Of a DNA stretch of 64,000 bases, positions 37,914 through 49,619 are shown piece by piece. Every line of letters starts with the position of its first letter. Position 1 is the stretch's first letter. The stretch spans positions 2,633,019-2,697,018 of the forward strand of contig OZ251537.1 in the NCBI GenBank assembly GCA_965243285.1. Reading direction: 5' to 3'. The stretch comes from Candidatus Poriferihabitaceae bacterium. Its GTDB lineage: Bacteria; Pseudomonadota; Gammaproteobacteria; Arenicellales; Poriferihabitantaceae. The translations under genes and the position numbers were made by a program. The notes beneath the pieces are model-generated. The model was not told the origin of the DNA. It did not search any database and worked only from the letters and a program-made list of their open reading frames with translations.

Positions 37914-38953
37914 GCCCGAAACAACACTTTGGCAACCGTTTTTTTGTCGATCGAACCGACAATGTTGCCTTGTGGGTCGATCACTGGAACAGCCTTCTCC
38001 GACAACATGATTCTTTGCGCCACTCCCTCTAACACCGCGCTGCTTTCGACCGGTTGAACGGAGGCGTCCTCGATATGGCTATCGCCAGTCGCCGGCAGCA
38101 TGATTTTTCCTACGGAAATTAATTTGGCTTTCGGGGCGTTTTCGACGAAGGCCTTGACATAGGCATCCGCCGGTTCGGTGACCAGCTCCTCAGCGGTGCC
38201 AATTTGCACCAGCAGTCCGTCCTTCATGATCGCTATGCGGTCGCCCAGCCGCACCGCTTCGTCAAAATCATGGGTCACGAAGACGATGCATTTGTTAAGT
38301 TTTGATTGCAAGCGCATGAATTCATCTTGCATTTCCTTGCGAATTAACGGGTCGAGCGCCGAAAACGGCTCATCCAAGAACCACACATCCGGCTCCACCG
38401 ACAAACTGCGGCCAATGCCGACGCGTTGTTGCTGACCGCCGGACAATTCGCGCGGGAAATAACTTTCCCGTCCGCTGAGCCCGACCAATTCGACCAACTC
38501 ACGGGCGCGGGCGATGCGCGTTTCCTTATCGACATTTTGGATCTCCAGCGGAAAGGCGATGTTTTCGAGCACCGTGCGGTGCGGCAGCAAGCCAAAATGC
38601 TGAAACACCATGCCCATTTTATGGCGCCGGATGTCGGACAACTCCTTGCTCGACACTTGCGTTAAATCCACGCCATCGAAAATAACCTCGCCGGCGGTGG
38701 GGATTAGCAATTGCGTAATGCATCTGAGCATGGTGGATTTGCCAGAGCCGCTCAATCCCATGATGATCAATATCTCGCCCTCGCGCACATCAAAACTGAC
38801 ATCGCGCACCGCCCCGATGAGATGGGCCGCGTTTATTTGCTCGAAACTAGGGGCGTGGTTGTGTTGCGCTAAAAAACTTAGCGCATTCCGGCCGAACAAT
38901 TGCCATACCTGGCGGCAGGAGATTTTAATGTCTGCAGAAACGGTGGCTGTCAT
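37910..38953 (-). CDS. glycine betaine/proline ABC transporter ATP-binding protein (ProV/OpuAA-like)
   Basis: Walker A GLSGSGKST, signature LSGGQQQRV, Walker B WFLDEPFSALD, C-terminal CBS-like tail. Confidence 0.9.
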   Translation of the reverse strand: MTATVSADIKISCRQVWQLFGRNALSFLAQHNHAPSFEQINAAHLIGAVRDVSFDVREGEILIIMGLSGSGKSTMLRCITQLLIPTAGEVIFDGVDLTQVSSKELSDIRRHKMGMVFQHFGLLPHRTVLENIAFPLEIQNVDKETRIARARELVELVGLSGRESYFPRELSGGQQQRVGIGRSLSVEPDVWFLDEPFSALDPLIRKEMQDEFMRLQSKLNKCIVFVTHDFDEAVRLGDRIAIMKDGLLVQIGTAEELVTEPADAYVKAFVENAPKAKLISVGKIMLPATGDSHIEDASVQPVESSAVLEGVAQRIMLSEKAVPVIDPQGNIVGSIDKKTVAKVLFRA

Positions 38954-39110
38954 GAGGTTCTACGATGTTGCACCGCCAGCGACAACGCGCCCGTTCATGC
39001 GCACGCTACCAGCGGAATATTAAGGGTGGGGGCTTTCGAAGTGCTGACCTTTATAACACTGCCGAGGCGACATTGCGCACTAAACATGAGCCGATAAAAC
39101 CGGCCGCCGA

Positions 39111-39142
39111 AAATGCATGGGCTGCGTACCCACAGCCCATGC
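39111..39142 (-). terminator. intra-operon hairpin after the substrate-binding protein gene (possible attenuator/partial terminator)
   Basis: 10-bp perfect stem GCATGGGCTG / CAGCCCATGC (39115-39124, 39133-39142), followed on the minus strand by ATTTTC. The T tract is weak. Confidence 0.4.
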
Positions 39143-39157
39143 GTCCCTACTCAGTAC

Positions 39158-40126
39158 CTACCCAGCGCAGGCTGGCACCCAGCCATCGACAACCGCTGGA
39201 TTCTGCTCGATCCATTTTGCCGCAGCGGCATCATGATCCAAGCCGTCCACATCCACCAATGCCGCGGCGGCATCGACCATCGGGCCGGTGAAGTCGATGT
39301 TGCTTACCAGCTCGTTAGCGCAAGGATATTTGGCTGCGAAACCTGACCACAACCCCTTTTTCAGGTAGCCGCCGACTGCGGCGCCGCAGTCGTTTGCCAT
39401 ATCCGGGTTGACGCCCCAGCTGGCATCGGTGACGCATTTGTTCTCTTTATCGCGCCGCGGAAACTCGACAAATTTGCCCGGATAAGCGGCGCCCACCCAA
39501 TTTGGCGCCCAGTTGAACAAAATAATCGGCTCTTTACGCGAAGCCGCGGATTTAAGCTCACCAAACAGCGCGTCCGCAGAGCCGGCATTGACGATGGTTA
39601 CATTCAAGCCCAAAGCCTCGACGCGCTCGATGTCCTCGGGATGCCATTCAGCCGGCCCACTAAGATAGCGCGCATTGGGCGCGGTTTCCGGCGTGGACAG
39701 CGCTTGGGCGCAGTCGTTGATGGCTTTGTAATCCGGCAAACCTGGGCAAATTTCCTCCACATAATTCGGATACCACCATTCTTCTCGGGTGGTCGCGGTA
39801 TGGCTACCGCCATCGACCATGCGCTCGGCTTCGATTTCCTTCATAAAACTGGCGTTCATGGAGCCTTCCCAAACTTCCATCTGCAGGTGCGCATCACCGG
39901 TGCCCATGGCGGCGAACTGGCTTTGCGTGTCTAGAGTCACTAAATCGGTTTTGTAGCCGATTCTCTCCAGCACATTTTGCGCCACCCGCGCCAAAACTTT
40001 TTGGCTCGACCAGTTGTTGTCGATAACCTGGATGGGGTCGCTAGATTCTGGCACGGCGGCCGTCGCCACGCCGCATGCGAGGCAAGTGGCCGCTATGACG
40101 GCGCAATAGGTTGATGTTTTTTTCAT
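39158..40126 (-). CDS. glycine betaine-type ABC transporter substrate-binding protein (ProX/OpuAC-like)
   Basis: Signal peptide MKKTSTYCAVIAATCLACGVATAA. The Trp-rich body (NNWSSQ, WEG, EWWYPNY, FNWAPNW) is consistent with an aromatic-box quaternary-amine binder. ATG at 40126 preferred. Confidence 0.8.
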   Translation of the reverse strand: MKKTSTYCAVIAATCLACGVATAAVPESSDPIQVIDNNWSSQKVLARVAQNVLERIGYKTDLVTLDTQSQFAAMGTGDAHLQMEVWEGSMNASFMKEIEAERMVDGGSHTATTREEWWYPNYVEEICPGLPDYKAINDCAQALSTPETAPNARYLSGPAEWHPEDIERVEALGLNVTIVNAGSADALFGELKSAASRKEPIILFNWAPNWVGAAYPGKFVEFPRRDKENKCVTDASWGVNPDMANDCGAAVGGYLKKGLWSGFAAKYPCANELVSNIDFTGPMVDAAAALVDVDGLDHDAAAAKWIEQNPAVVDGWVPACAG

Positions 40127-40528
40127 GATTGTGGTTATCCTCCGCGAAAAATTCGAAATGGGGCAATGCGTGAGCATCGCTGTTAAGCCAGTCGCTAAAA
40201 AACACATCGGCGCATGGCATTCGCTATATTACAAGATTGCGGCATAAAACACACCATAAAAACAATACCATTAATAGACCAATAATGCGTTTATCGGCGA
40301 AAATGGCGCTGTTTTTCCTCAAAAGTGAACCAAAAAAATACCAATAGGACTTCGCGGGACTGGGCATTAAGACAGCAACGATGCTCGGTTAAGGAACCTG
40401 GGCGTGTTTTGGCGATGGGACGGCATAAGGCATCGACGGAGCTCGGCGCTGGTGCATAAAAATGCGACCGAGCCGGGGCGACGGGCCTTCATGGCGGCGC
40501 TCAAGGGTTCAGGTTGTTAGGCGAATTA

Positions 40529-41170
40529 TCACGGCGACAAGCGGCTAATTTGCCAGGCGGAATCTGGCTGGCGAGTGTAGAGAATGCGGTCGTGCAGACG
40601 ATGCGGGCGGCCTTGCCAGAATTCCATGCGCTGCGGGCGGATGCGATAACCGCCCCAGAATGTCGGCAGCGGCGGCGGCTGGTCGCGAAAACGTTCGTCG
40701 ATGCGCGCCAAGCGTGCTTCGAGGACGCGGCGCGACGCCAAGGTTGTACTTTGCCGGGACACCCAAGCGCCGAGCTGCGCCAAGCGTGGGCGTGACTCGA
40801 AATAGGCGCGCGACTGCGCCTCGCCGATGCGCTCCACATGGCCTTCGATAAGCACCTGGCGGTGCAGCGCATACCACGGAAAAACCGCCGATACGGCGTT
40901 GTTCTCCCGCATCTGCTCGCCTTTGCGGCTATGGTGATTGGTGAAGAACACCAAGCCGTCTTGGTCGAAGGCCTTCATCAGCACGCTGCGCTGCGACGGC
41001 GCGGCCGATGCCGACGCCGTGGCTAACAACATTGCATTGACCTCGACTATGTCGGCCTCGCGCGCTTGCCGATGCCAGCGATGAAATTGCGCCAGCGGAT
41101 CCGGCTCGGCATCGGCGCGAGACAAACCGGCGGCGGCGTATTGCGCGCGCAGTCGCGCCGCTTTGGGCAT
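40529..41170 (-). CDS. pdxH: pyridoxamine 5-prime-phosphate oxidase
   Basis: FFTNHHSRKG, the RIEFWQGRP-like MEFWQGRPHRLHDR motif, and a typical 213-aa length. Confidence 0.9.
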   Translation of the reverse strand: MPKAARLRAQYAAAGLSRADAEPDPLAQFHRWHRQAREADIVEVNAMLLATASASAAPSQRSVLMKAFDQDGLVFFTNHHSRKGEQMRENNAVSAVFPWYALHRQVLIEGHVERIGEAQSRAYFESRPRLAQLGAWVSRQSTTLASRRVLEARLARIDERFRDQPPPLPTFWGGYRIRPQRMEFWQGRPHRLHDRILYTRQPDSAWQISRLSP

Positions 41171-41309
41171 TCAGGGGCGGGCCGGTGATGCGGGCGGCGC
41201 ATCCCATCGGCGGGCGCGGCCGGGTTGCCGATTCATGCGCGCAGATTCCTCGCTATATCCATGTACATATATATGTGTATGTACATGGATAATTGCCGGT
41301 TTTGCCGAC

Positions 41310-41753
41310 CTAGAACGGAATATCGTCGTCGAAATCATCCGCCGGCGGCTCCGCGGCAGCCACTGGCGCGGCTTTCGACTGCGATGGCGATGGCTTGAAG
41401 CCGCCGGAGGATTCACCGCGACTGCCGAGCATCTGCATGTCGGAGGCGACAATTTCGGTGGTGTATTTGTCGTGCCCTTCCTTGTCTTGCCATTTGCGCG
41501 TTTGCAGCCGCCCTTCCACATATACCTGGGAGCCTTTTTTCAAATATTCGCCGACAATTTCGGCCAGGCGGGCGAAAAACACCACCCGATGCCACTCGGT
41601 GCGCTCCTGTTTCTCGCCGCTGGTTTTGTCCTTCCATGATTCTGCGGTGGCGATGGACACATTGGCCACCGCCGCGCCGTTCGCGGAATGGCGGACTTCC
41701 GGGTCTTGCCCCAAATTGCCCACCAGAATCACCTTGTTAATGCCTCTTGCCAT
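41310..41753 (-). CDS. ssb: single-stranded DNA-binding protein
   Basis: [23 protein letters not shown]-fold N-terminus and the C-terminal acidic tip DDDIPF. Confidence 0.95.
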   Translation of the reverse strand: MARGINKVILVGNLGQDPEVRHSANGAAVANVSIATAESWKDKTSGEKQERTEWHRVVFFARLAEIVGEYLKKGSQVYVEGRLQTRKWQDKEGHDKYTTEIVASDMQMLGSRGESSGGFKPSPSQSKAAPVAAAEPPADDFDDDIPF

Positions 41754-41948
41754 GATCGATCTCCTGTGAAATGTTGTGAATGGGCAAGCCATCTTAGCCG
41801 ACCCCGACTGCGCATTTTAGCAACCCAGGCGCGCCCTATGCGACTGCATCGGCCACGCCATGCGCGAGGCGACATTGTACCCCAAATTTGCCGCTGGCCA
41901 GGCCGCGGCCGCGACGCTGATTTCGGGCTGTCATCAAGCGAGCATCCA

Positions 41949-42557
41949 CTAAACCGTCGCCTCGATGAGCCGAAAAGTTAAATTGATGCGCGCCCGCACC
42001 GCTTGCTTGGTGCGCGGCACGGCGTGTCGCCAGTGACGCTGGGTATCGCCTTTCATCACCAGCAGCGCGCCGTGGCGCAACATAATGTTCACCGGCGCGA
42101 GGTCTGTTCGCCGTTTGTGGCGCATCGAAAAATTGCGCGCCGCGCCTAAGCTTAGCGAGGCGATGGCGGCGCCCGGCGCCAGCTCGGCTTCGTTATCGGC
42201 GTGCCAGCCCATGGCATCATCGCCGTCGCGATACATGTTAATGAGCACGCTGTTGAAACGCGCCCCAGTGTAATCGCAGACCATGTCGCGCGCCTCGCGC
42301 AACGCCGGAAACCACGGCAACGGCTGATTCACCTGCCCGCCATAGGCATACACCGCATCGGCATCGCCGTGCCACGCCGCCAAGCGTGGCGAAAGCATGG
42401 TTTTGCCGAATATTTTCACCCGCGGCTGGTGCCATATCGCGGCTTGCCGGATACTTTTAAAAAAACGCTCGGCTTGATTTGATTCTATGAATGGATCAAC
42501 CAAGCAACACTCACCGTCCGGCAAAGGGATGATGGTTTCTATGCCAACCACGCTCAT
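41949..42557 (-). CDS. alkB: AlkB-family Fe(II)/2-oxoglutarate dioxygenase
   Basis: GWHADNE (HxD), RHWRHAVP and RINLTFR motifs. Confidence 0.85.
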   Translation of the reverse strand: MSVVGIETIIPLPDGECCLVDPFIESNQAERFFKSIRQAAIWHQPRVKIFGKTMLSPRLAAWHGDADAVYAYGGQVNQPLPWFPALREARDMVCDYTGARFNSVLINMYRDGDDAMGWHADNEAELAPGAAIASLSLGAARNFSMRHKRRTDLAPVNIMLRHGALLVMKGDTQRHWRHAVPRTKQAVRARINLTFRLIEATV

Positions 42558-42698
42558 GCGTCATCATTTTTTGTGATTTAAAAATTTTGAGATTCTGTTG
42601 TAATCGCATTCAATATAATATTCAAAATTTAATGCATAAAAAATTTTTTGTGTTTTATTGTTCATCTTATTTTAATAGATGATGTCTAATTAAAATAT

Positions 42699-44084
42699 TT
42701 AATCAAAAATTTTCCCTGGATTGAAAATGTTATCCGGATCTAAGGCTTTTTTGATCATCCGCATCGGCGTCAGCGCCGCACCATGCTCGTGTTTCAAAAA
42801 TTCGATCTTGCCGTAGCCGATGCCGTGTTCGCCGGTGCAAGTGCCCTCCATATCCAACGCCCGCATCACCATGCGCTCATGCAAGGCTTGCGCGCGCGCC
42901 ACTTCATCCGCATCATCATGGTCTACTAACAACAACAAGTGAAAATTGCCATCGCCAACATGCCCTACCAAGGGCGCCAGCAGTTTGAACTCTTCGATAT
43001 CGCGACCGGTTTGTGCGATGCACTCGGCCAGTTTCGATATCGGCACGCACACATCCGTCGCCCATATTTGCCCACGCGGGTGCAACAATTTTCCGGCGTA
43101 GGCGACATCATGACGGGCGCGCCACATGCGGCGGCGCTGCTCGGTGTTCTTGCTCCATTCAAACTCGCTACCGCCGTTTTCCGCCGCCAGTTGCTGGGTG
43201 GTTTTAGCCTGCTCGGCAACGCCGCCATCGCTGCCGTGAAATTCCAAAAACAAGGTCGGCGCTTCGCTAAAACTGGTCTTCGAATACAGATTCACGCTCT
43301 TCAAAGTCAGCGCGTCCAATAACTCCAGGCGCGCCACCGGCACGCCGTATTGCAGCATTTGAATCACCGTGTCCACCGCCCCTTTGATGCTATCGAAAAC
43401 ACACACCGCAGCGGCAATCGCCTCGGGCACCGGATACAACCGCAATGTCAATTCGGTGAACACCGCCAAACTGCCTTCGGAGCCGACCAGCAAGCGCGTC
43501 AGGTCGTATCCGGCGGCCGATTTTCGCGCCCGCCGCGCGCTGCGGATGAGCGCGCCATCGGCCAGCACGGCCTCGATGTTGATGACATTTTCGCGCATGG
43601 CGCCGTATCGCACCGTGGTGGTGCCGGAGGCGCGGGTCGCCGCCATGCCGCCGAGGGATGCATCAGCGCCAGGGTCCACCGGAAAAAACAAACCACTGTC
43701 TTTGAGATGCTGGTCAAGTTGCCGCCGCGTCACCCCGGGTTGTACCGCAACATCGAAATCCTCGCTATTGACGGCGAGGATTTGATTCATCTCCGCGCTG
43801 TCGATACAAATGCCGCCAGCGAGCGCGGCGATGTTGCCCTCCAACGAGGTGCCGGCGCCGCGCGGAATAATCGGCGCCGCATGCGCCGCGCAAACCTGCA
43901 CGATTTGCTGCACTTCAAACTTATCCCGCGGCTTGATGACCGCATCCGGCGGGTGAGACCGATGAAAGGATTCATCGCGCCCATGGGATACGCAAACCGC
44001 GGCCGAAGTCAGCAGCCGCGCGCCGAATAAATCGCGCAGCGCCGCCACCGCCCGGCTGCAATCGCGGCGCGCCATCATTTGCAC
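42699..44084 (-). CDS. FAD-linked oxidase (GlcD / D-lactate dehydrogenase-like)
   Basis: FAD_binding_4-type N-terminal half (PRGAGTSLEGN) and C-terminal GTCTGEHGIGYGK. Confidence 0.85.
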   Translation of the reverse strand: MQMMARRDCSRAVAALRDLFGARLLTSAAVCVSHGRDESFHRSHPPDAVIKPRDKFEVQQIVQVCAAHAAPIIPRGAGTSLEGNIAALAGGICIDSAEMNQILAVNSEDFDVAVQPGVTRRQLDQHLKDSGLFFPVDPGADASLGGMAATRASGTTTVRYGAMRENVINIEAVLADGALIRSARRARKSAAGYDLTRLLVGSEGSLAVFTELTLRLYPVPEAIAAAVCVFDSIKGAVDTVIQMLQYGVPVARLELLDALTLKSVNLYSKTSFSEAPTLFLEFHGSDGGVAEQAKTTQQLAAENGGSEFEWSKNTEQRRRMWRARHDVAYAGKLLHPRGQIWATDVCVPISKLAECIAQTGRDIEEFKLLAPLVGHVGDGNFHLLLLVDHDDADEVARAQALHERMVMRALDMEGTCTGEHGIGYGKIEFLKHEHGAALTPMRMIKKALDPDNIFNPGKIFD

Positions 44085-44344
44085 GACAGCGCGGCGCGCA
44101 GTTCATCCTTATCGAGAAAATAATGGCAAACCTCCCGCCGCCGCACCACCAGCGTCGGCACATACTCCCAATAGCGCCGCCACCACCGCGCATCGGCCTC
44201 GATATCCCGCGCCACCACTTCGAAGTCAAGCCCACCGCCCATCTCCCGCCGAAATTCATCCAACCCCCGCGCCATATCATCACAAAGATGACAACCGCTC
44301 TTGCGGTAGAAATAAACGATGATTTTTTTAGCAGCGGCGTTCAT
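44075..44344 (-). CDS. glutaredoxin-like (DUF836-type thioredoxin fold) protein
   Basis: 89 aa, CHLC redox motif after a beta-strand IIVYFYRKSG, VPTLVV later. 10-nt overlap with the downstream oxidase gene. Confidence 0.65.
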   Translation of the reverse strand: MNAAAKKIIVYFYRKSGCHLCDDMARGLDEFRREMGGGLDFEVVARDIEADARWWRRYWEYVPTLVVRRREVCHYFLDKDELRAALSCK

Positions 44345-44453
44345 GGCATGGATTTATGGTTGCGGACACTCGCTTATCTTCCGTAACCGAACATATTTAA
44401 TATGTTTATAGTGCGTGGCGGATTTGGCCTAGTTATCTAGAACAGTCCCTTGA

Positions 44454-45281
44454 TTAATTAGGCATGTGCAATGCTAAATTTTCTTGCGTATACCCTAATT
44501 TTTTTTGCACAAAATCTAACTTGTGTTTGATTTGGACATTTCCTTTATCTTTCAAGCGTTCGCAAATCATTTTGTAATAATCCGCATGCAATTCACAACT
44601 AATAAAATTTCTTTTGAGGTCTCTGCACAACACCAATTCCGATCCACTGCCTCCAAAAAGAACAAATACATTTTCATTTTCTAATGTGCACGACTTAATT
44701 AACATCTCAACCAAGCCGAGTGGGATTTGGCAGGCATGAAAAGTCTTGTCTTTGCTGACATTTTTCACCAAATCAAAATAAAACCAACTGTACGGCATTC
44801 TGCCGATATGACCTTCGGCAATGCGTTGTTTTATCCGCCTGTCGTTTAAATTTTGATACGGCAATGCAACTTGATCTTTATAGAATGCGTTGTGTTTAGA
44901 TTTTGTTGCATGCAAAATAGAGCGATGCGCGGTAGTAAATCGGCTTTTAGAATGCCCAACATTTGTGTTATATACCCAAGCGTAATCTTGCACAGTGTGG
45001 GCGTTTTCATCCAAAAAATTCACCCGCAAATAAGCGTTTTGCTTCGGGTAATTCATCATAAACAAATTACCTGACGGTTTTAACACTCGCATGCTTTGTT
45101 TGGTAAGATCAACATACCAATCAATATATTTTTTCCATTGTTGAGTGTATTTATGTCCGGAATAATTTATCCCTACATTGTAGTCAGGGTCTCCATATAC
45201 CATTTCTAAAGAGTTGTCGGGTAGTTCTTTTAGAACATCAATGACATCTCGGTTAAAAACTTGATTTCGAAAATTTTCCAT
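44454..45281 (-). CDS. beta-class N4/N6 DNA methyltransferase with a non-canonical motif IV (DPDY)
   Basis: N-terminal VYGDPDYN where (D/S/N)PP(Y/F) is expected. HACQIP. C-terminal SAM motif FVLFGGSGSE. Strongly AT-rich gene. Confidence 0.75.
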   Translation of the reverse strand: MENFRNQVFNRDVIDVLKELPDNSLEMVYGDPDYNVGINYSGHKYTQQWKKYIDWYVDLTKQSMRVLKPSGNLFMMNYPKQNAYLRVNFLDENAHTVQDYAWVYNTNVGHSKSRFTTAHRSILHATKSKHNAFYKDQVALPYQNLNDRRIKQRIAEGHIGRMPYSWFYFDLVKNVSKDKTFHACQIPLGLVEMLIKSCTLENENVFVLFGGSGSELVLCRDLKRNFISCELHADYYKMICERLKDKGNVQIKHKLDFVQKKLGYTQENLALHMPN

Positions 45282-45285
45282 TTTT

Positions 45286-46089
45286 TTATTCCGAAATTAA
45301 TTTATAGGATCGGGATTTAATCAAACGGATTGAGTCCATTTGCCATGGGTCATTAAATGTATAAATCCACAATTTTAATATGTCATATTCTTCTTCTGAA
45401 TCTCTCACGACATAAACCCCAAAGATATTTTTTACTTTGCCATGTAATTCTTGGTGGTTTTTTTCGATATTTATGTAGTACAAAAATGGATGATACAGTT
45501 GATAGATGGAAAAATTATCAGGCATTCCATTTTTTGCTTCGAATACAAAAATGTTTCCATCAAGTTCAATTGTCAAATCAACTTCTAGCTGGATTTTGTT
45601 CGCGCAAATTTCCACATCTCCAATTTTGTACTGAAAAGAAGTTTTAGTACGATGTGGCAAATAAGTTTTTGCTTGTTTGGAAATTGAATCATCGGACGCA
45701 TCATCGCCCTCATCGAATAAAAAATGATGCATTATCCGTTGGTTGTTGGCTACGGACAGAATGTTGCTTTCGCTGGTATTGAACTGATTTAACAAACTCT
45801 TTTTGTAAACCCAATCTTGAGCATCAATAATAGGTTCGAAATCATGGAAAACCTTATCAATTCCTTTGATAAAGCGATGCATGCCGCCACCCAGATGAAC
45901 GATTGCCATATCATCCGCGATGAGCGAAGGCGGCAATTTCTGTTTGTTGTCAAATTTAGTTGCATCAAATGGATTGCCAAAATCAATTTTTCGAGAGATG
46001 TCTTTTACCAAATCGTTATGAAATTCAGGGCGTGATTCCACCCTACAAATTTGGTATATCTTTTCAATCACCTGATGTTTTTTGTTCAT
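45286..46089 (-). CDS. candidate type II restriction endonuclease (PD-(D/E)XK-like)
   Basis: EVDLTIELDGNIFVFEAKNG fits a D...ExK nuclease core. Sits 4 nt upstream of the methyltransferase in the same orientation. GGGGG SD before the ATG at 46089. AT-rich. No other recognisable domain. Confidence 0.45.
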   Translation of the reverse strand: MNKKHQVIEKIYQICRVESRPEFHNDLVKDISRKIDFGNPFDATKFDNKQKLPPSLIADDMAIVHLGGGMHRFIKGIDKVFHDFEPIIDAQDWVYKKSLLNQFNTSESNILSVANNQRIMHHFLFDEGDDASDDSISKQAKTYLPHRTKTSFQYKIGDVEICANKIQLEVDLTIELDGNIFVFEAKNGMPDNFSIYQLYHPFLYYINIEKNHQELHGKVKNIFGVYVVRDSEEEYDILKLWIYTFNDPWQMDSIRLIKSRSYKLISE

Positions 46090-46232
46090 GACTACCCCCA
46101 AGTTCTAATTTAGAAAAAATTTCAGGAATCTGTCGAAGTGCGTGCAATATACCAAAAAATTTAACGAGTTGCTTGCGTCATGAACAATGAGGGTTATGAC
46201 AATTCACGCCCGCCCAATGCCGTCTATCATTC

Positions 46233-49602
<3,370 letters not shown>

Positions 49603-49619
49603 TGCGCGCTACGGCTGAC

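Noticed and set aside
40127-40528. A 400-bp untranslated region upstream of the proX-like gene, as a possible riboswitch or sRNA.
   Set aside because: I could identify no recognisable conserved structure or motif by eye. It is moderately AT-rich and most simply a promoter/operator region. It is left unannotated.
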